A stretch of 64,000 nucleotides of DNA, from the NCBI RefSeq assembly GCF_009914755.1, contig NC_060942.1. One strand, given 5' to 3'. This document shows, piece by piece, positions 45,350 to 59,500 of this stretch; positions within the stretch are counted from its first letter, which is position 1, and each line of letters starts with the position of its first letter. Origin of the DNA: the human T2T-CHM13v2.0 reference genome, Homo sapiens. The translations under genes were made by a program, and so were the position numbers. A model generated the notes under the pieces. It had not been told where the DNA came from, made no database searches, and worked only from the letters and a program-made list of their open reading frames with translations.

Positions 45350-45823
45350 TGATATGGTTTGGCTCTGTGTCCCCACCCAAATCTCATGTGGAATTGCAGT
45401 CCCCTCATATGGAGGGAGGGAGCTGGTGAGAGGTGATTTGATCATGGGGATGGAATTCCCCTAGGCTTTGTCTAAACCAAGAACTTAAATAAGTGCAGAG
45501 CAAGCAGAAAGTATTAACTGAAGGTTAAAAAGTGATCTATAGTGTTAGAACAGAGCATGATTAATGTGACAGTGAGTGAGTTGTCACAAGATCTGATGGT
45601 TTAAAAGTGTGTGGCACTTCCCCCTCAGTCTCTCTCTCCTAACACCATGTGGAGAAGGTACTTGCCTCCCCTTCACCTTCTGCAGTAATTTTAAGTTTCT
45701 CGAGGTCTCCCAATCATGCTTCCTGTTCAGCCTGAAGAACTGTGAGTAAGTTAAACCTCTTTTCTTCATAAATTACCCAGACTCAGATAGTTTTTTGTAG
45801 CAGGGTGAAAACAGACTAATACA
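45350..45823 (+). mobile_element. THE1D/MSTA-like MaLR LTR with a ~100-bp foreign insert
   Basis: tgatatggtttggctctgtgtccccacccaaatctcatg...acagactaataca; perfect 5-bp TSD AGAGT. Confidence 0.9.
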
Positions 45824-47986
45824 AGAGTTTTGTCTCTTTTTTAGTGGCATAGGTCATAAGTGCAGTAAGTTGTCATTTATTTTTAAAGGGACATTTTGAC
45901 AAGCCTTAGATGACTGAAAACATCATCAGTGTGGCATGACCCAGATTTGGAATTTTTGTGATGATAAGCATGTTTCCTCAAAAAATGGGCAGGGCACTTG
46001 TTACATCTTCTGTACCTCATCCAATCAGCATAATTAACACTGTGGACAAGTGATATGTCTTATTTATCAACATCCCTGCATTTTATTGCTATGCTTCTTC
46101 TTGCCTGGTATAACGCCTTCAAAATCAATTTCTTCACATATTCTTTAATTTTCTTTTGATATATATTGGCAAAAGTATTACAATTATTTTAGTTTATAAG
46201 CTTTCTACTTACAGAGTAAACTGGAGGGAAAATCTGTTATTTTTTTTTAAATAAGCTGGGATTTGACTTTTGTTTATGAGTCTATAGGTTCTGAAATTTG
46301 GGTGTTGAGTGAATCAGAAACCATTTTAAAGGTAATTATCTCACCACAGGGTCTTCTAACGAGAAGAAGCTAATCTCAAACAGATAATTTTGCTGACAGG
46401 AAAGAAAGACTGAAATTCAAAAGTCCCAAGTATTCAGAATCACCAGAATTCACTAGTTATCACCATTCGAAATTTCTGTATCACTTTTTTTGCCACAATT
46501 TATGCTCTAAGTTTCACATAATAGCTCTATAGAATTTGTGAATATCAACTAACTGTAATTTTGGACCCCAAAAGGCTAGCTTTTGTCTTATTTTTAACAT
46601 TGAGTAGATATTCATTGAAAGCACAAGTAGAAACATTTGTTTTTTTAGCTTTATCTTGAGTCAAAAATTTAAAGCCTTTAATTGGTAACTTTTTTCAGAA
46701 GCTAACTATGGTCAGAGTAGCCATCCATAGTACTTACAGGCCTTATTTCAACTAAGTTCTATCTCAATAACCATCATGGTTTCCCAATGCCATACCCTTA
46801 AGAAATATTTCTTTCCAGGCAACTACAGACATGTTGGAGGCTACTAGTATCCCTTTTATATTAGCAGTGGTGTTATTACTGTTTTCAAATGAAACCAGTT
46901 AGATAACCAATTTATTTCCCACCTCGGAATCATTTATGTTACAAAATTTTACATCAGTCAAGTTTGGTTGGAAGACACAGAAATCACTCTAGATCTCTCA
47001 GTGGTAAATATTTAATACAGGGAATTAGATACACATATCTAAAGGGCTGGTAGAACACAGGCCAGGGATTTTATGCAATTAGGAGGGCAAGCATTGCAAG
47101 AAATTGTTGTTGATGATCTTAGACTCTTGGAGTACTGAAGCTTGAGAATCGAAGGTGTTTTCTAGGAAATTGATGAGATTTCAGATATGTAGCCTTTTCA
47201 CTCACTTCCTTGAAACCTCTAAGGAAAGGGAATTGGTTGTTGTTCCCTTCTGGCTTTACGTTATAAACCATTACCTTCACTTTTACAATATAACCTAGAA
47301 CTCTGTGGGCAAAGGATTCTGGAAAATAGTTTTTAGGTTTCCAGACTGTGACACAGCAGGGTAGTTGAGGTGGCTGAGAATGGTGATACATAGATAATTG
47401 TTCTCCCTTCCTCAAGTGTCATTTGCCCCCAGTCTATTCTCACTGAGGTTGGAAAAACATTTTAAACCCAAATCTGATTATACTACATATTTGAGCAAAA
47501 TGTTTAATTTCTTTCCAAATTTTTCAATGCTAATATAAAAACTTATATATGTAGTCAATTAAATTTCACTGTTTGGACTTTGCTACCTTTTCCAGCCTGA
47601 TTGTTGCTACAACTTATGAATAATGCTATTCATCCATCAAATATGCTATTCATAGCTACATGTAAAATTTAGGTAAGTTGGCCAACTTTCCACGTATATC
47701 TTAGCCCTAACTTACTCTGCATTTCCTCCCCACTGATCACTTTTTCATGTCAGACCAGTCCTTTAACTACATGCTTAAATTTTCATTCAAATATGTTTGC
47801 CAACATTTGGACTCAACTACAATCTGACACTCTCCTGTGCACACCAGTTCGTCCTGCAGAGGATAACCTTCATACATTTCCACTCCATTTACTGTGGAGG
47901 ACAAACCGCTGTGCACAGTTTGGTGTGCACATTTTATTTTCAAACTGGTGTACACATTTTATTTACATAGATGGAATCTGCATTTT

Positions 47987-48279
<293 letters not shown>

Positions 48280-48449
48280 GCAATCTGCATTTTTTGAAAT
48301 TCTCATTGCTAATTCCTGATTATTGCTGTTGAACTCCTGGGAAAGCTCTCCTGTTTTTGAAGTTTTGCTTCTACTTATTATCCTTTTATACTGTTTTCTG
48401 CTGCCGCCCTTTTGGAACATGGCTGAAAGTATTTCTTTTTATTCCAAAT

Positions 48450-49370
48450 ACTGATAGCCTCCATAATGACTGCAAAGAATATGTGGCTAGCCCACTAGGC
48501 GCCTTGTTTTCACAAATGTTTGACTTCTTGGATCTCAGTTCTTTCAACTTCCACTCTACTTTAGACACCCTTTCCCATGACCACAATCTGGATTTTATCA
48601 TAACTTATAATTTTATTACCTCTAATAAAATAAGTTCCAAATACTAATTGCTAATCACAGTCTCCATTCATTTCAGCTTTTTACTTCATTACTTTTACTA
48701 TATAGTATTTTATCTTTATCATGTCTTTGGAGATTCAATTTCTCACTAACTTTTCTCCTATTCCCATTGTTTCAGTTTATTTCCTATGAACTCCAGCATC
48801 AGTGGTTAATCATATCAACATTTTATTTTCAGTTTCCATGTTTGATTTGATTGTTTGGATGTTTTTTCCTCCTCATTTATATGGTTTTTGGCATAAGCAT
48901 TATAAAAACCCTTATAATTTGCTCAATCAAGCCATCTACCTCCACTCCTCATAATGTTAAACGTTGCTAGAGAAAATCATGCATCCTTACAGACTGACGC
49001 TTCCACAAATTGTTTCGTTCATACTCACTGGACACTCAGTTCTCATGCAATCATTCTACTTATTTTCCACCTTCTTGTCATTTCTCATAACACCTATGGA
49101 ATCTTCTTTTTCTAGACCCCAAAATGTAAGTGTTCTACAATGTTTCACTATTACACTGCTTCTTTCGCCTTATTCTGCCTGCTCTTTCTAGATCACCTTA
49201 TCTTTTCCCATAGTTTAAATTAGAATTTATAGGCTGATAACTTTGAAATCTGTATCTCCAGCCAAGACATCTTTCCTGAGCTTCAGGTTTATATGTTCAA
49301 CTACAAGCTGAACACTATGTTTAGTACAGAGTAGTATTCCAATAAATATAACTTTACTGAATAAATAAAC
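48450..49370 (+). mobile_element. L2 fragments
   Basis: ctgataactttgaaatctgtatctccagcc..tcctgagcttcag; aataaata..gaataaataa; ends approximate. Confidence 0.55.
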
Positions 49371-50984
49371 TTAGTAAAAAATTACATGAACAAACTCAAG
49401 ATACAAGATTTTACCCCAGTCTTGAAAACAAAGGCTCCTCTATTATTTGTTTTTTAATAACATGTCGATACCTCTATGGAAATGCTTATGTTACAGTGAC
49501 ATTGCTTCATACAGGACCATGTTTTATTTTCAGCATGCATTTTGTGGCAATAAAATAGAAATTGAATGTTAAATAATATAAAGGTGTTCCATCATATTAA
49601 CTTGTACATGTTAGGTAATTTACTCTCTTTTATACAGATGAATTAATAAAACTGAATTATTCATGGAAAGCCAGCTTATCTTGTGTTCAAATTACAATAT
49701 ATACAAAAATTATATGACAATGGTGTTTTTGAAGAAAACAAGAATTTACCAGTTTATATAATACTGTCTTCTCACAGTACAATAAGGTGATTATACATAA
49801 ATACCCATTTGAATGTCCTGATATAAAGGGTGAAAACCAGGCTATAGTGGAAATATAAAATGTTTTCTGTGCTTCCCATTATCTTTTGTCTGGTGATTTA
49901 TAGATAACAAGGAATCATAATATATTTCCTCTCAATGGCTCTGGAATTCTATCCTACAAGATTTATTATATTTAAGATGCTGATTGTTTTACTTTCTTGT
50001 TTCACTATAACATCCAATTAATTATATTGATGTCTTTTTTTTTTTTATAATCTAGCACCCCACTCCTGTGACATAGTGAATATAATGTAGCCATCTGCTT
50101 TTGTGAGGGCCATAGATTTATTTTTTCAAATATTAATGCACATGAACTGTTCTATGTTAATTTTTACTGTCATAAGTCAAATGTGTGTTTTTAAATCAGA
50201 TTTCCTATTTGGTAATATTATAGTAAGTATTTAAGAAAAAAACTGCCCTAAAAAAGGAAGTATTAAGAACACCATAAAAGCTCAACCACTCCATTCTCTC
50301 TTCCCAAGAACTGCAGACGAGTTTAATCTTAGAAACTAAATAAACTTACTGAGAGCATGCCATCTATCACACCTAAACAAAGTCCTGGGTCTCCTGTTTA
50401 ACCTATTCCCATTTTAATAACAAAACGGAGAGATGTTTTCTCCCATAGTACACACACCAAATTGTTATTGATTTTTTCTGCTGATCCCGCAGGCATTGTT
50501 CCCACTTTGTGTATCCCTTTGTTTCTCTAACCTTCTGCAAATCACATTGGTAATGCATTCACAATAGAGATTAAGTCATCCTCTTGTTCAGTTATTCTCT
50601 CTTTTGGCTGCTAGGGTGTTTTTGCACTTTATATATTCAGCAGCTTTTATGCCTACTTGAAATGGCCAGAAACACTTTTTTCCTTACTTTCCTCTGACTA
50701 GTAATACTACTGAGGTATTATTGCCTATGCCTATGACATAGTAATACCCTATGACTCAAACTACATTTCCCATTCCAGGTGTTCCTGCTTATACAGTGAG
50801 CTTTTAATAAGAGTGTTTCCATCATTTTGACCTAATTTATTTAGATGCACTTAATTCTCATTTTATATTTTCTTATTTGCATTAAGTAGGTAGGAACAAT
50901 TTTAATAACATATGGACTCAAAAGATTTCATTCATATGAGTCTTAAAGATGTCTGTATCAGTTTGATCATGTTGTTGTCCAATT

Positions 50985-51216
50985 CATTATTATTGTTATT
51001 ATTATTATTATTATTATTGAGACAGAGTCTCATTCTGTCGCCCAGACTGGAGTGCAGTGGCGCGATCTTGGCTCACTGCAAACTCACCTCTCGGGTTCAA
51101 GCAATTCTCCTGCCTCAGCCTCCCAAGTAGCTGGGATTACAGGTGCCCACCATCACTCCCGGCTAATTTTTCTATTTTTTTTTTAGTAGAGATGGGGTTG
51201 CACCATGTTGGCCAGG
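50985..51216 (-). mobile_element. 5'-truncated AluS with a (TTA)n tail
   Basis: right arm and linker present; stops at catgttggccagg. Confidence 0.9.
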
Positions 51217-51781
51217 GTAAAAACTATTGTGATAAAGAACCAGAAAACTCCAAAAATGACCTTGATTTTCCATCTTTAGAAAGCAATGACTATGGGGTCA
51301 GCACTTTCTTATAGTCATTTGAATCCTTCCTGTCTTATGGCTGGGAAGAAGGTAGGTCTAAACGTCTGTAATAGTTTTAGTCAATTATTAGCTCTGAGGA
51401 TATATTTATATTAAAGCTTTATATGACTCTGACCATTGGTTCCTCAAATCTATGTGGCATTACAGAATGCACTGTGACAAATTGTGTGCATTTATCTCCT
51501 TCTAAAAATAGACAAGCCCTAGCAGTATTAGTAGTAAAAGAAAGCACGGCAGCATGAACAGGATTGAAAGTCCCATAACTGGCAGAGCTCCATCACTGGG
51601 GCAACTTGACTTCACATGGCAAACAGGAAGGTCAGGATTAATAGCCAAAAACCGTAAAGAAAAATATATAGTTGGAGGAGAAAGACTGCACTGTAGAAAG
51701 TATTTTAATTGCATGTTCCCTTTTCCTTTGTGTTCATTTTCTTTGACTGGATGATCTATTATTCAAAAAGTATTATATAAT

Positions 51782-52136
51782 TGACATGGTTTGACTGTGT
51801 CCCCATTCAAATCTCAACCTGAATAGTATCTCCCAGAATTCCCACATGTTATGGGAGGGATCTAGGAGGAGGTAATTGAATAATGGGGGCTGGTCCTTTC
51901 TATGTTATTCTCATGGTAGTGAATAAGTCTCACAACATCAGATGCGTTAATCAGGGGTTTCCGCTTTTGCTTCTTCCTCATTTTTCTCTTACCACCACAA
52001 TGTAAGAAGGGCATTTTGCCTCCTGCCACGATTCTGAGGTCTCCCTAGCCATTGAAACTGTTAAGTCCAATTAAACTTCTTTTTCTTCCCAGTCTCCGGT
52101 ATGTCTTTATCAACAGTGTGAAAACACACTAATGCA
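51782..52136 (+). mobile_element. THE1A MaLR solo LTR
   Basis: atctcccagaattcccacatgtt..atcaggggtttccgcttttgcttcttcctcattttt (THE1A-type); TSD ataat/atagt. Confidence 0.9.
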
Positions 52137-52954
52137 ATAGTCATATTCACATCCTGCATGATGATTATTGACTATTTACTTAACATAGGCCTAAGAAGTT
52201 GGTTCTAGAAAAGTGTTGAAGCTCCTGCTTCATCACCTCACCTCTTGTCCTCAATTCCTACTTTTGCACAGGCAACATCACAGTTGTCTCGAATAGAAAG
52301 GACCTGGAAGAAGTGACCTGAATATCATACAGGCAGATTCTCTGGTCTTTATATTATTAGATACTCCTGCCACTGTCAGTGCAAAAATGAATAAAATATA
52401 GTGTCAATCCAACATGCACTGAAAACCCCCAAGCTGTGCCATTTGGCAAGAGGTCACTCTAGGTCACTTTGAGTATGTTTTGCATAAAAGACAGTGTAGA
52501 AAATAATGAAGCTATTGTCACCTTTAATAGCTTTTAGTGTCAGATAGTAATCCAGACATGTGCTTTCCCAGTTTATTCTCTATTGTATTTATGTTTCTGT
52601 CAATCACTCTTTTTCATTTTCTTTGTGTTCATTTCCTGAGAAGGACTGTCACATGCATTATGCCCATTAAATCCTAGTGCCAGTAAGTTTTAGGTAAGAA
52701 TAATTTTGTTCTCAAGCCAAGAAAGTGGAGGCATAATAGACTAAATTCCTTGAAAATTCTTTTCAGTTTCTGAGTTCTATTTTATACTTTGGAACAGCTG
52801 TTCTTTTCTAAGACCCCCCCAAGTTAACATTTTAGCTAAAGAAATAGCAATTCTTCCTAAAAAGTTATTTTAAACTGAAAGAAAACTGATAATACATAAG
52901 ATTTATGATGGAAAATCCATAAAAGCACTGGAAAGTAAAAACCTTTAACTTCAT

Positions 52955-54110
52955 TTTTTTCTATTCATTTATACAGCAAATATGTATCAAGCATCTACCA
53001 AGTGCAATTTGCATGTCAAATGATAGAGATATGGGCATTTAAAAAAAAGACATTTTAGCTGTCTTCACATAGTTTAATTTCTAGTTAGGGAGACACATAA
53101 TAATAATCGTAAATATTAATGTGTCAAAAGAACTGATCAGGATTATAAAAAGAAACATAGATAGCCTTTCTAAACGATGTTAAAGGGATCTAATTTACTC
53201 TGAGGGCTCAGGTTGTGATTTCTCTGAGGAAATGAAACTCAATTCGAAGTTAAAATTGGGGTGCAATATGGGAAAATTCTGCATAGAGGGAGAAGCAGGT
53301 CCAGAGTTTCTAATATGAAGGAGCAAGGAACTGAGGAAGGGAGTTGAAGCTGACATGCAGAGATGGACAGGCCAGACTCCTACAGTGTGGTCAGGCAGTG
53401 GTAAGGCACCAGACCACTCAAACCTTTGTGGTCAGGCTAAGGATTTTTATCATAGGACACATTTGAAGCTATTGAAAGAGACTTAATTGGTAAAATGTCC
53501 TTGTTATATGTCTCTTTTGAAATAATCACCCTGGTTACAGAGTGGAGAATAAATTATAGCACAGCAAAAATGTAAGAAGGGATTTTTTTTTAGAGCATTT
53601 CTTTTCAATTAGAAAAAAAATTATAGCTTGATCTAGGGTCATGTGATATAAATGGATATACTTGAAAATTAGAAGGTAGAAGTTATAAGACATTGTGATG
53701 GAATCGGAGAGAGGTTTGTAAGGCAGCGTGACTTCTAGGCTTCTGGCTTACCGAATGAATGGATGAAGAAGCCATTACTTGTAGTGGGAGGCCTAGGAGG
53801 TGAGGAATGATGGTAACATGGTGTGAAGAGTTAAGGACTGAAGATATAAATTTAGAGTTATAATGATAATGGAAGCTTTATAATAATGTAAAATTTCCTA
53901 GAAAGAGATTGTACTAAAGAAAAATAAATCCTGAGGTAGGGCATTAATGTATTTTTATATTTAGTATTGTTTGTTGTAAGGTAGGAGATTGGAGCATATT
54001 TAAATATTAATGGAAAGAATGCAATTAAAAGAAGTTTTATGTGAGAGAAACAAAGAATGCCTAGCAAGGTCTTTTAGAAGATTGAAGGAGTGAGAATATA
54101 AAATGAAGAT
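52955..54110 (-). mobile_element. L2 (antisense), long degenerate fragment
   Basis: ttcattt..aaatatgtatcaagcatctac; tctctgaggaaatga; gacttctaggcttctggctt. Confidence 0.65.
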
Positions 54111-54199
54111 AGAAGAAACAATACTTTTTTTATGCCCGCCAATTTATGAACATATTAATTAGTGATTTGTCTAAAGCACAAAACAGCTTGTGTTTTCCC

Positions 54200-54370
54200 A
54201 CTTTTTAGTTTTGTGACATTTGGCAAATGACTTAAATTTGTCATGTTACTCTTTCTGCAGTGACAAGATATAGCTCATAGGTTTATTGTTAGGATTAAAT
54301 GCGTTGGTACATAATGAAAATTCAGAAAAGTTCTAGGCACAGAGTGAGATACCAGTAAATTATCAGATTT
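54200..54370 (+). mobile_element. MIR fragment
   Basis: tgtgac.tt.ggcaaatgacttaa..ttgttaggattaaatg. Confidence 0.65.
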
Positions 54371-56353
54371 TTATAGCAATTTTAAAATTGTATGGAAATG
54401 TTCTGCATAATTGTTTTGTCTAGGTTACAGATGGCTCTAGGATAAAGGACAAATGTACCTCTAAAGCCGAGCTTACCAATGTATATCTGGTGTTCAGAAT
54501 TTAAATGAGTTTTGCAATCTGCAGGTAAGAAGTTTGGTTTTTAGATACTACTGGTAAGGACATATACAGCAAACATACACCCATTTCCAGGCAAATGAGT
54601 TATACTCTAAAATAAAGGGTAAAATTTGTCCAGTTAAGAGCAGTGGAGGATATAATCAAGTGTCTTTTTTGAATTGGTTTTCAATACTGAATGTAGAAAG
54701 ATAACACTATCATCATGCATTCAATGACATGCGTTTCCCACCTGATGTATGCAAAACTCTCCTAAATCAACAAGGAGTTTTCTGGAGTCTTTTTAATCAA
54801 GTGTTATGATTGAATCATACTGGAATCAGGGCTTCAATTGACTATTTAATTGATGAGGCCAAAAAAAGGTGCAAACTGTCTCTAGGTAAAGGATAGTCTT
54901 ATTTGGTACAGTTGAGATGAATAGGATTAGATTTGATTAAATTAGATTAAGTTGAATTAAATTAAATTAAATTGTCACCTTGCTCTTTTAAGCTTCTTTG
55001 TCTCTTATGGACTTGCTTGTTTATTACAGAGGCTTATTTATGAAATTCCCTCTTTTCTGTCTAGGTTCTGAGCGTATTCTGAAGAAAGGATTCATAGAAA
55101 GCGGTCAACTATATTATCAGGAAATAGACATGTTTCCACATGGGACAATTTCACTTAGAAATTTTGACATTTTTAATACGGTTATTTAACCTGGATGTTA
55201 TGGTCAATAAGATTTTCAATTTAGTCCTTTTTTTTTTTTTAACTTGGGAACAGCCTTGTAGAGATTCTGTTAAATTTCAGGATATCCCCATTTTCCCAGA
55301 ATTACCAAAGGTATTCAAGGAAACAGAAGAAAATGCAGAAGCAGTAATCTTCTAGGAGTTCTACTGCACATTATAAGTGATAAAAGCTTTACTGAAGATA
55401 CAGATATAATATATATTCATTTAATTGTATATATTTAAATCAGTGGCAGCTCTATTATGCAGAGTAGATTACAGACAATGATGTTAGGGCAGTATAGTAT
55501 TTACACTCTTTTCTGTACAAATGAGAGTGTTTTGAAATTTACCAGGGGCTATAGCTTAGTGCCACATGGGATGAGTTCTACTTATAAGTCCACCTTTATA
55601 AAATGTGATTTTTCAGAAGAGTTTAGAATTCCAGAATTAATAGGTCAAATTAGGGATTTTCTAACCTTGAAACTTTCCCACTGTTTCTGTTCAGTTGCAT
55701 CCTAATACTAAAATATAATGCAAAAGTGAGTTTGCTGGATCTACTCACAGGATAATACATCTGCTTCTCCTTTGGGCATATTAGATTATACTATGAGAGT
55801 GAATAAATGAAAAAGATATAATTAACATGCTTCTCAGAAAATTGGAATTACTGCTTTTTCTACCACAGATTGTTTAGATAATGTAATAAAAGCTTACAAA
55901 ACCTCTCTTCAATTAGTTAATTCTGTCATCTTTAATCTCAATTCAGATATTACTTTCTCAAGGAATGCAATTTCTAAGACTGAGTCAAGTCCACCCGATA
56001 GATGAACTTGATATATGTGTTCGTTGTACTTGTTCTTCTGCCTTGTTCCACTTATTACATTTATAATTAATAATTTTGTGTAATTAGCTCTTAGATGCTT
56101 AGATTCTTTACTAGACTATTAGACTATAAATGTATCCATGAATTTATGACTCCATACCTATTTTATCTATTACATGTAGTAATAAACCTGCAGAATAAAT
56201 TTCAAGGTATCCGTTACTTAAAGACAGATTCTACATTATATATGCCCCAGACATTTAATAAGTTTGTTATCTTAATAAATGCATGTCAATGACTGCACTT
56301 TCAATAGAGAACTTCTGCCATTTCTAATAAATTACTAATTATGAATTCAAGCA

Positions 56354-56735
56354 GGTTGCATAGTGTCCCTCCAAAATTCATGTCAACTTAGAACTTCAGA
56401 ATGTGAACTTATTTTAAAATAGTATGTGTAAATGTAATTAGTATGAATGATATACTAGATTTAGGGTGGACCCCAAGTTAATAACTCTAAGCCCTTATAA
56501 GAAGAAGAGCGGACACAGACACAAACAAAAGGATGTGAAGATGCAGAAAATGGAGTTAAGTTGCCACAAGCCAAGGAACTCCTGGGTCTACCAGAAGCTG
56601 GAAGAAGCATGTAGTAAAGATTACTCTGTAGAGCCTTCAGAGGGAACATGGCCCTGCTGCCAAGTTAATTTCAGACATCTATCATCCACAACCTTGGTAG
56701 CATAAACGTTCATTGTTTTAAGCCTTTTACAGTAA
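56354..56735 (+). mobile_element. MLT1B/C-like LTR
   Basis: cagaatgtgaacttattt..gccacaagccaaggaac..ccagaagctggaagaagc..gagccttcagagggaacatggccctgct. Confidence 0.8.
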
Positions 56736-57043
56736 TTACCCAGTTTACAGTATTTTTAAATGTCAAATCTATGAACTATATGAATATACTTGCAAGTTTA
56801 GGTGGGCTCTTGATCAGTAATTAATTTTCTTGATCTCCTTCAATGAAATGTTTGAAATCTGTAGAACAATAAAACACATTGAAGAATAAGATAGATTTCT
56901 CCTAGTGGGGTCATAAATAGGAAAATATAAATTAATATTATATGGTGGAAATTAGGAAAGCTTATTAGATGTATTTGGTACAGCAGATTTTTTAAAGTAT
57001 CAAATACATTTTCATGGGTGATAATAAGAACATTCAAAAGGAG

Positions 57044-57335
57044 GGCCAGGCATGGTGGCTCACGCCTGTAATCCCAGCACTTTGGGAGGCCGAGGAGGGC
57101 AGATCACTAGGTCAGCAGTTCGAGACCATTCTGGCTAACACGGTGAAACCCCGTCTCTACTAAAAAAAATACAAAAAAAAAAAATTAGCCGGGCGTGGTG
57201 GCACGTGCCTGTACTCCTAGCTACTCGGAGGGCTGAGGCAGGAGGATCACTTGAACCAGGGAGGAGGAGGTTGCATTGAGCCAAGATTGCACCACTGTAC
57301 TCCAGCCTGGGCGACAGACTCTGTCCTAACAAAAG
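57044..57335 (+). mobile_element. Alu (S-type left arm, some J-like features in the right arm)
   Basis: full dimer; 15-bp TSD aagaacattcaaaag. Confidence 0.9.
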
Positions 57336-57623
57336 AAAGAACATTCAAAAGATCTTTCTGTATTAACAATAAATCTATTACATAGAAATTTGAAGCAGAC
57401 CAGTTAGCTTGAAAAAATGCTTCTATTTCTTAAACACTGTTTATATCAAAAACAGTTTCATTAAGAATTTATCATTCAACATTGACTAAATGGATCTTTG
57501 GTGGATCAAAACTAACAAATAAAATGTCAATAATGACTGAGAATCCCCAAGGTGATCAAAAGTTCTAAATTTGAAATCACTGACATTTTCTACCTTCCCA
57601 ATGAACATTTAGAATAATGATAA

Positions 57624-58577
<954 letters not shown>

Positions 58578-58578
58578 T

Positions 58579-58610
58579 AAAATGTGGAACGCTTCACAAA
58601 TTATGTCATC
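58579..58610 (-). pseudogene. RNU6: U6 snRNA 3'-terminal fragment fused to the 5' end of the HSPA9 retrocopy
   Basis: minus strand GATGACA---TAATTTGTGAAGCGTTCCACATTTT vs U6 GATGACACGCAAATTCGTGAAGCGTTCCATATTTT: 22/24 at the terminus plus GATGACA 7/7. Confidence 0.85.
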
Positions 58611-59239
58611 ATAATTTAAAATAAAGGGAAACACAGAGCTTTCTGATTTGTAAAGAGATTTACAAATGACCTTAATAATTTATTTTGACCAAAATATTAT
58701 TTTTAAAAGAAAAAATTAAAGAAATAAAACCCACTTTTTTGTCTGCTAAAATTAATACACTGCTAAAAAAAGGATAAAAGTGGATATTTTTTATTAGGCG
58801 AATTAGTTATTACACTTTTCTCCCTGTGACAAAATGTGTTTTCTTTTTCATAGTAGTGCTTTGTACCAATTGAGAATCTGGGCTTAAAAGTCAGAATGTA
58901 ACAGAGGTTCAAATACTGACTTTGACAACAGCTATAATTAAATAATATAATGTCTTCAAAGTGTTTAATGCAATTCTTTTCATATAATACACTCAAAAAA
59001 CAGGAGCTTTCATCGATCTAATAATACTGCAAATTTCTTGAGGCAAAGATTTTGCTTTATTTATGTCTGAATCCTCAGTACAGTGTTGACATATAATAAA
59101 GGCTTAATAAATGTTTATTAAATAAATGAATGACTAAAAAAGAATCTGTCCAATGGGTATGGTAATCATCTAATTCCTTAATAAATTTGGACATTATAAG
59201 CAAGTGATCTAGATAAATTCATGTAATAACAATATGCAA

Positions 59240-59500
59240 AATAATAGCTACTATTTATCAAGCATTTATTGTATGTTAGGAACTATTAAAATGCTTTGGA
59301 TAAGCTATCTTATCTGACCGTCCTAAAAGTCTGTAAAATCTGTGAGGCAGCTATTTCCATATTTTTTATTTTAAGTAAAGATAAGCAGAGCTTAATAGAG
59401 TTTAAATTGTTTGCTTCCAATCAAACAACGAAATATGGCAGAACTTGTATCTAAAGTCAAGTCAGTGTGATGAAAACACTGTCTTTCCTCATGTACTATA
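59240..59500 (-). mobile_element. MIR
   Basis: ataatagctactatttatcaagcattta..ctgtgaggcag..tatggcagaac. Confidence 0.65.

Noticed and set aside
50250-50460. Possible mitochondrial insertion (A/C-rich stretch)
   Set aside because: I could not align it to any recalled mtDNA gene; composition alone is insufficient.
58646-58667. 9-bp hairpin atttgtaaa-GAGA-tttacaaat near the chimera
   Set aside because: Short and AT-rich, expected by chance in 64 kb, and outside the candidate TSD.
58611-58700. Remainder (5' part) of U6
   Set aside because: No match to the expected cttgcgcaggggccatgctaatc..gcgagcac, so this is not a full U6 gene or full-length pseudogene.
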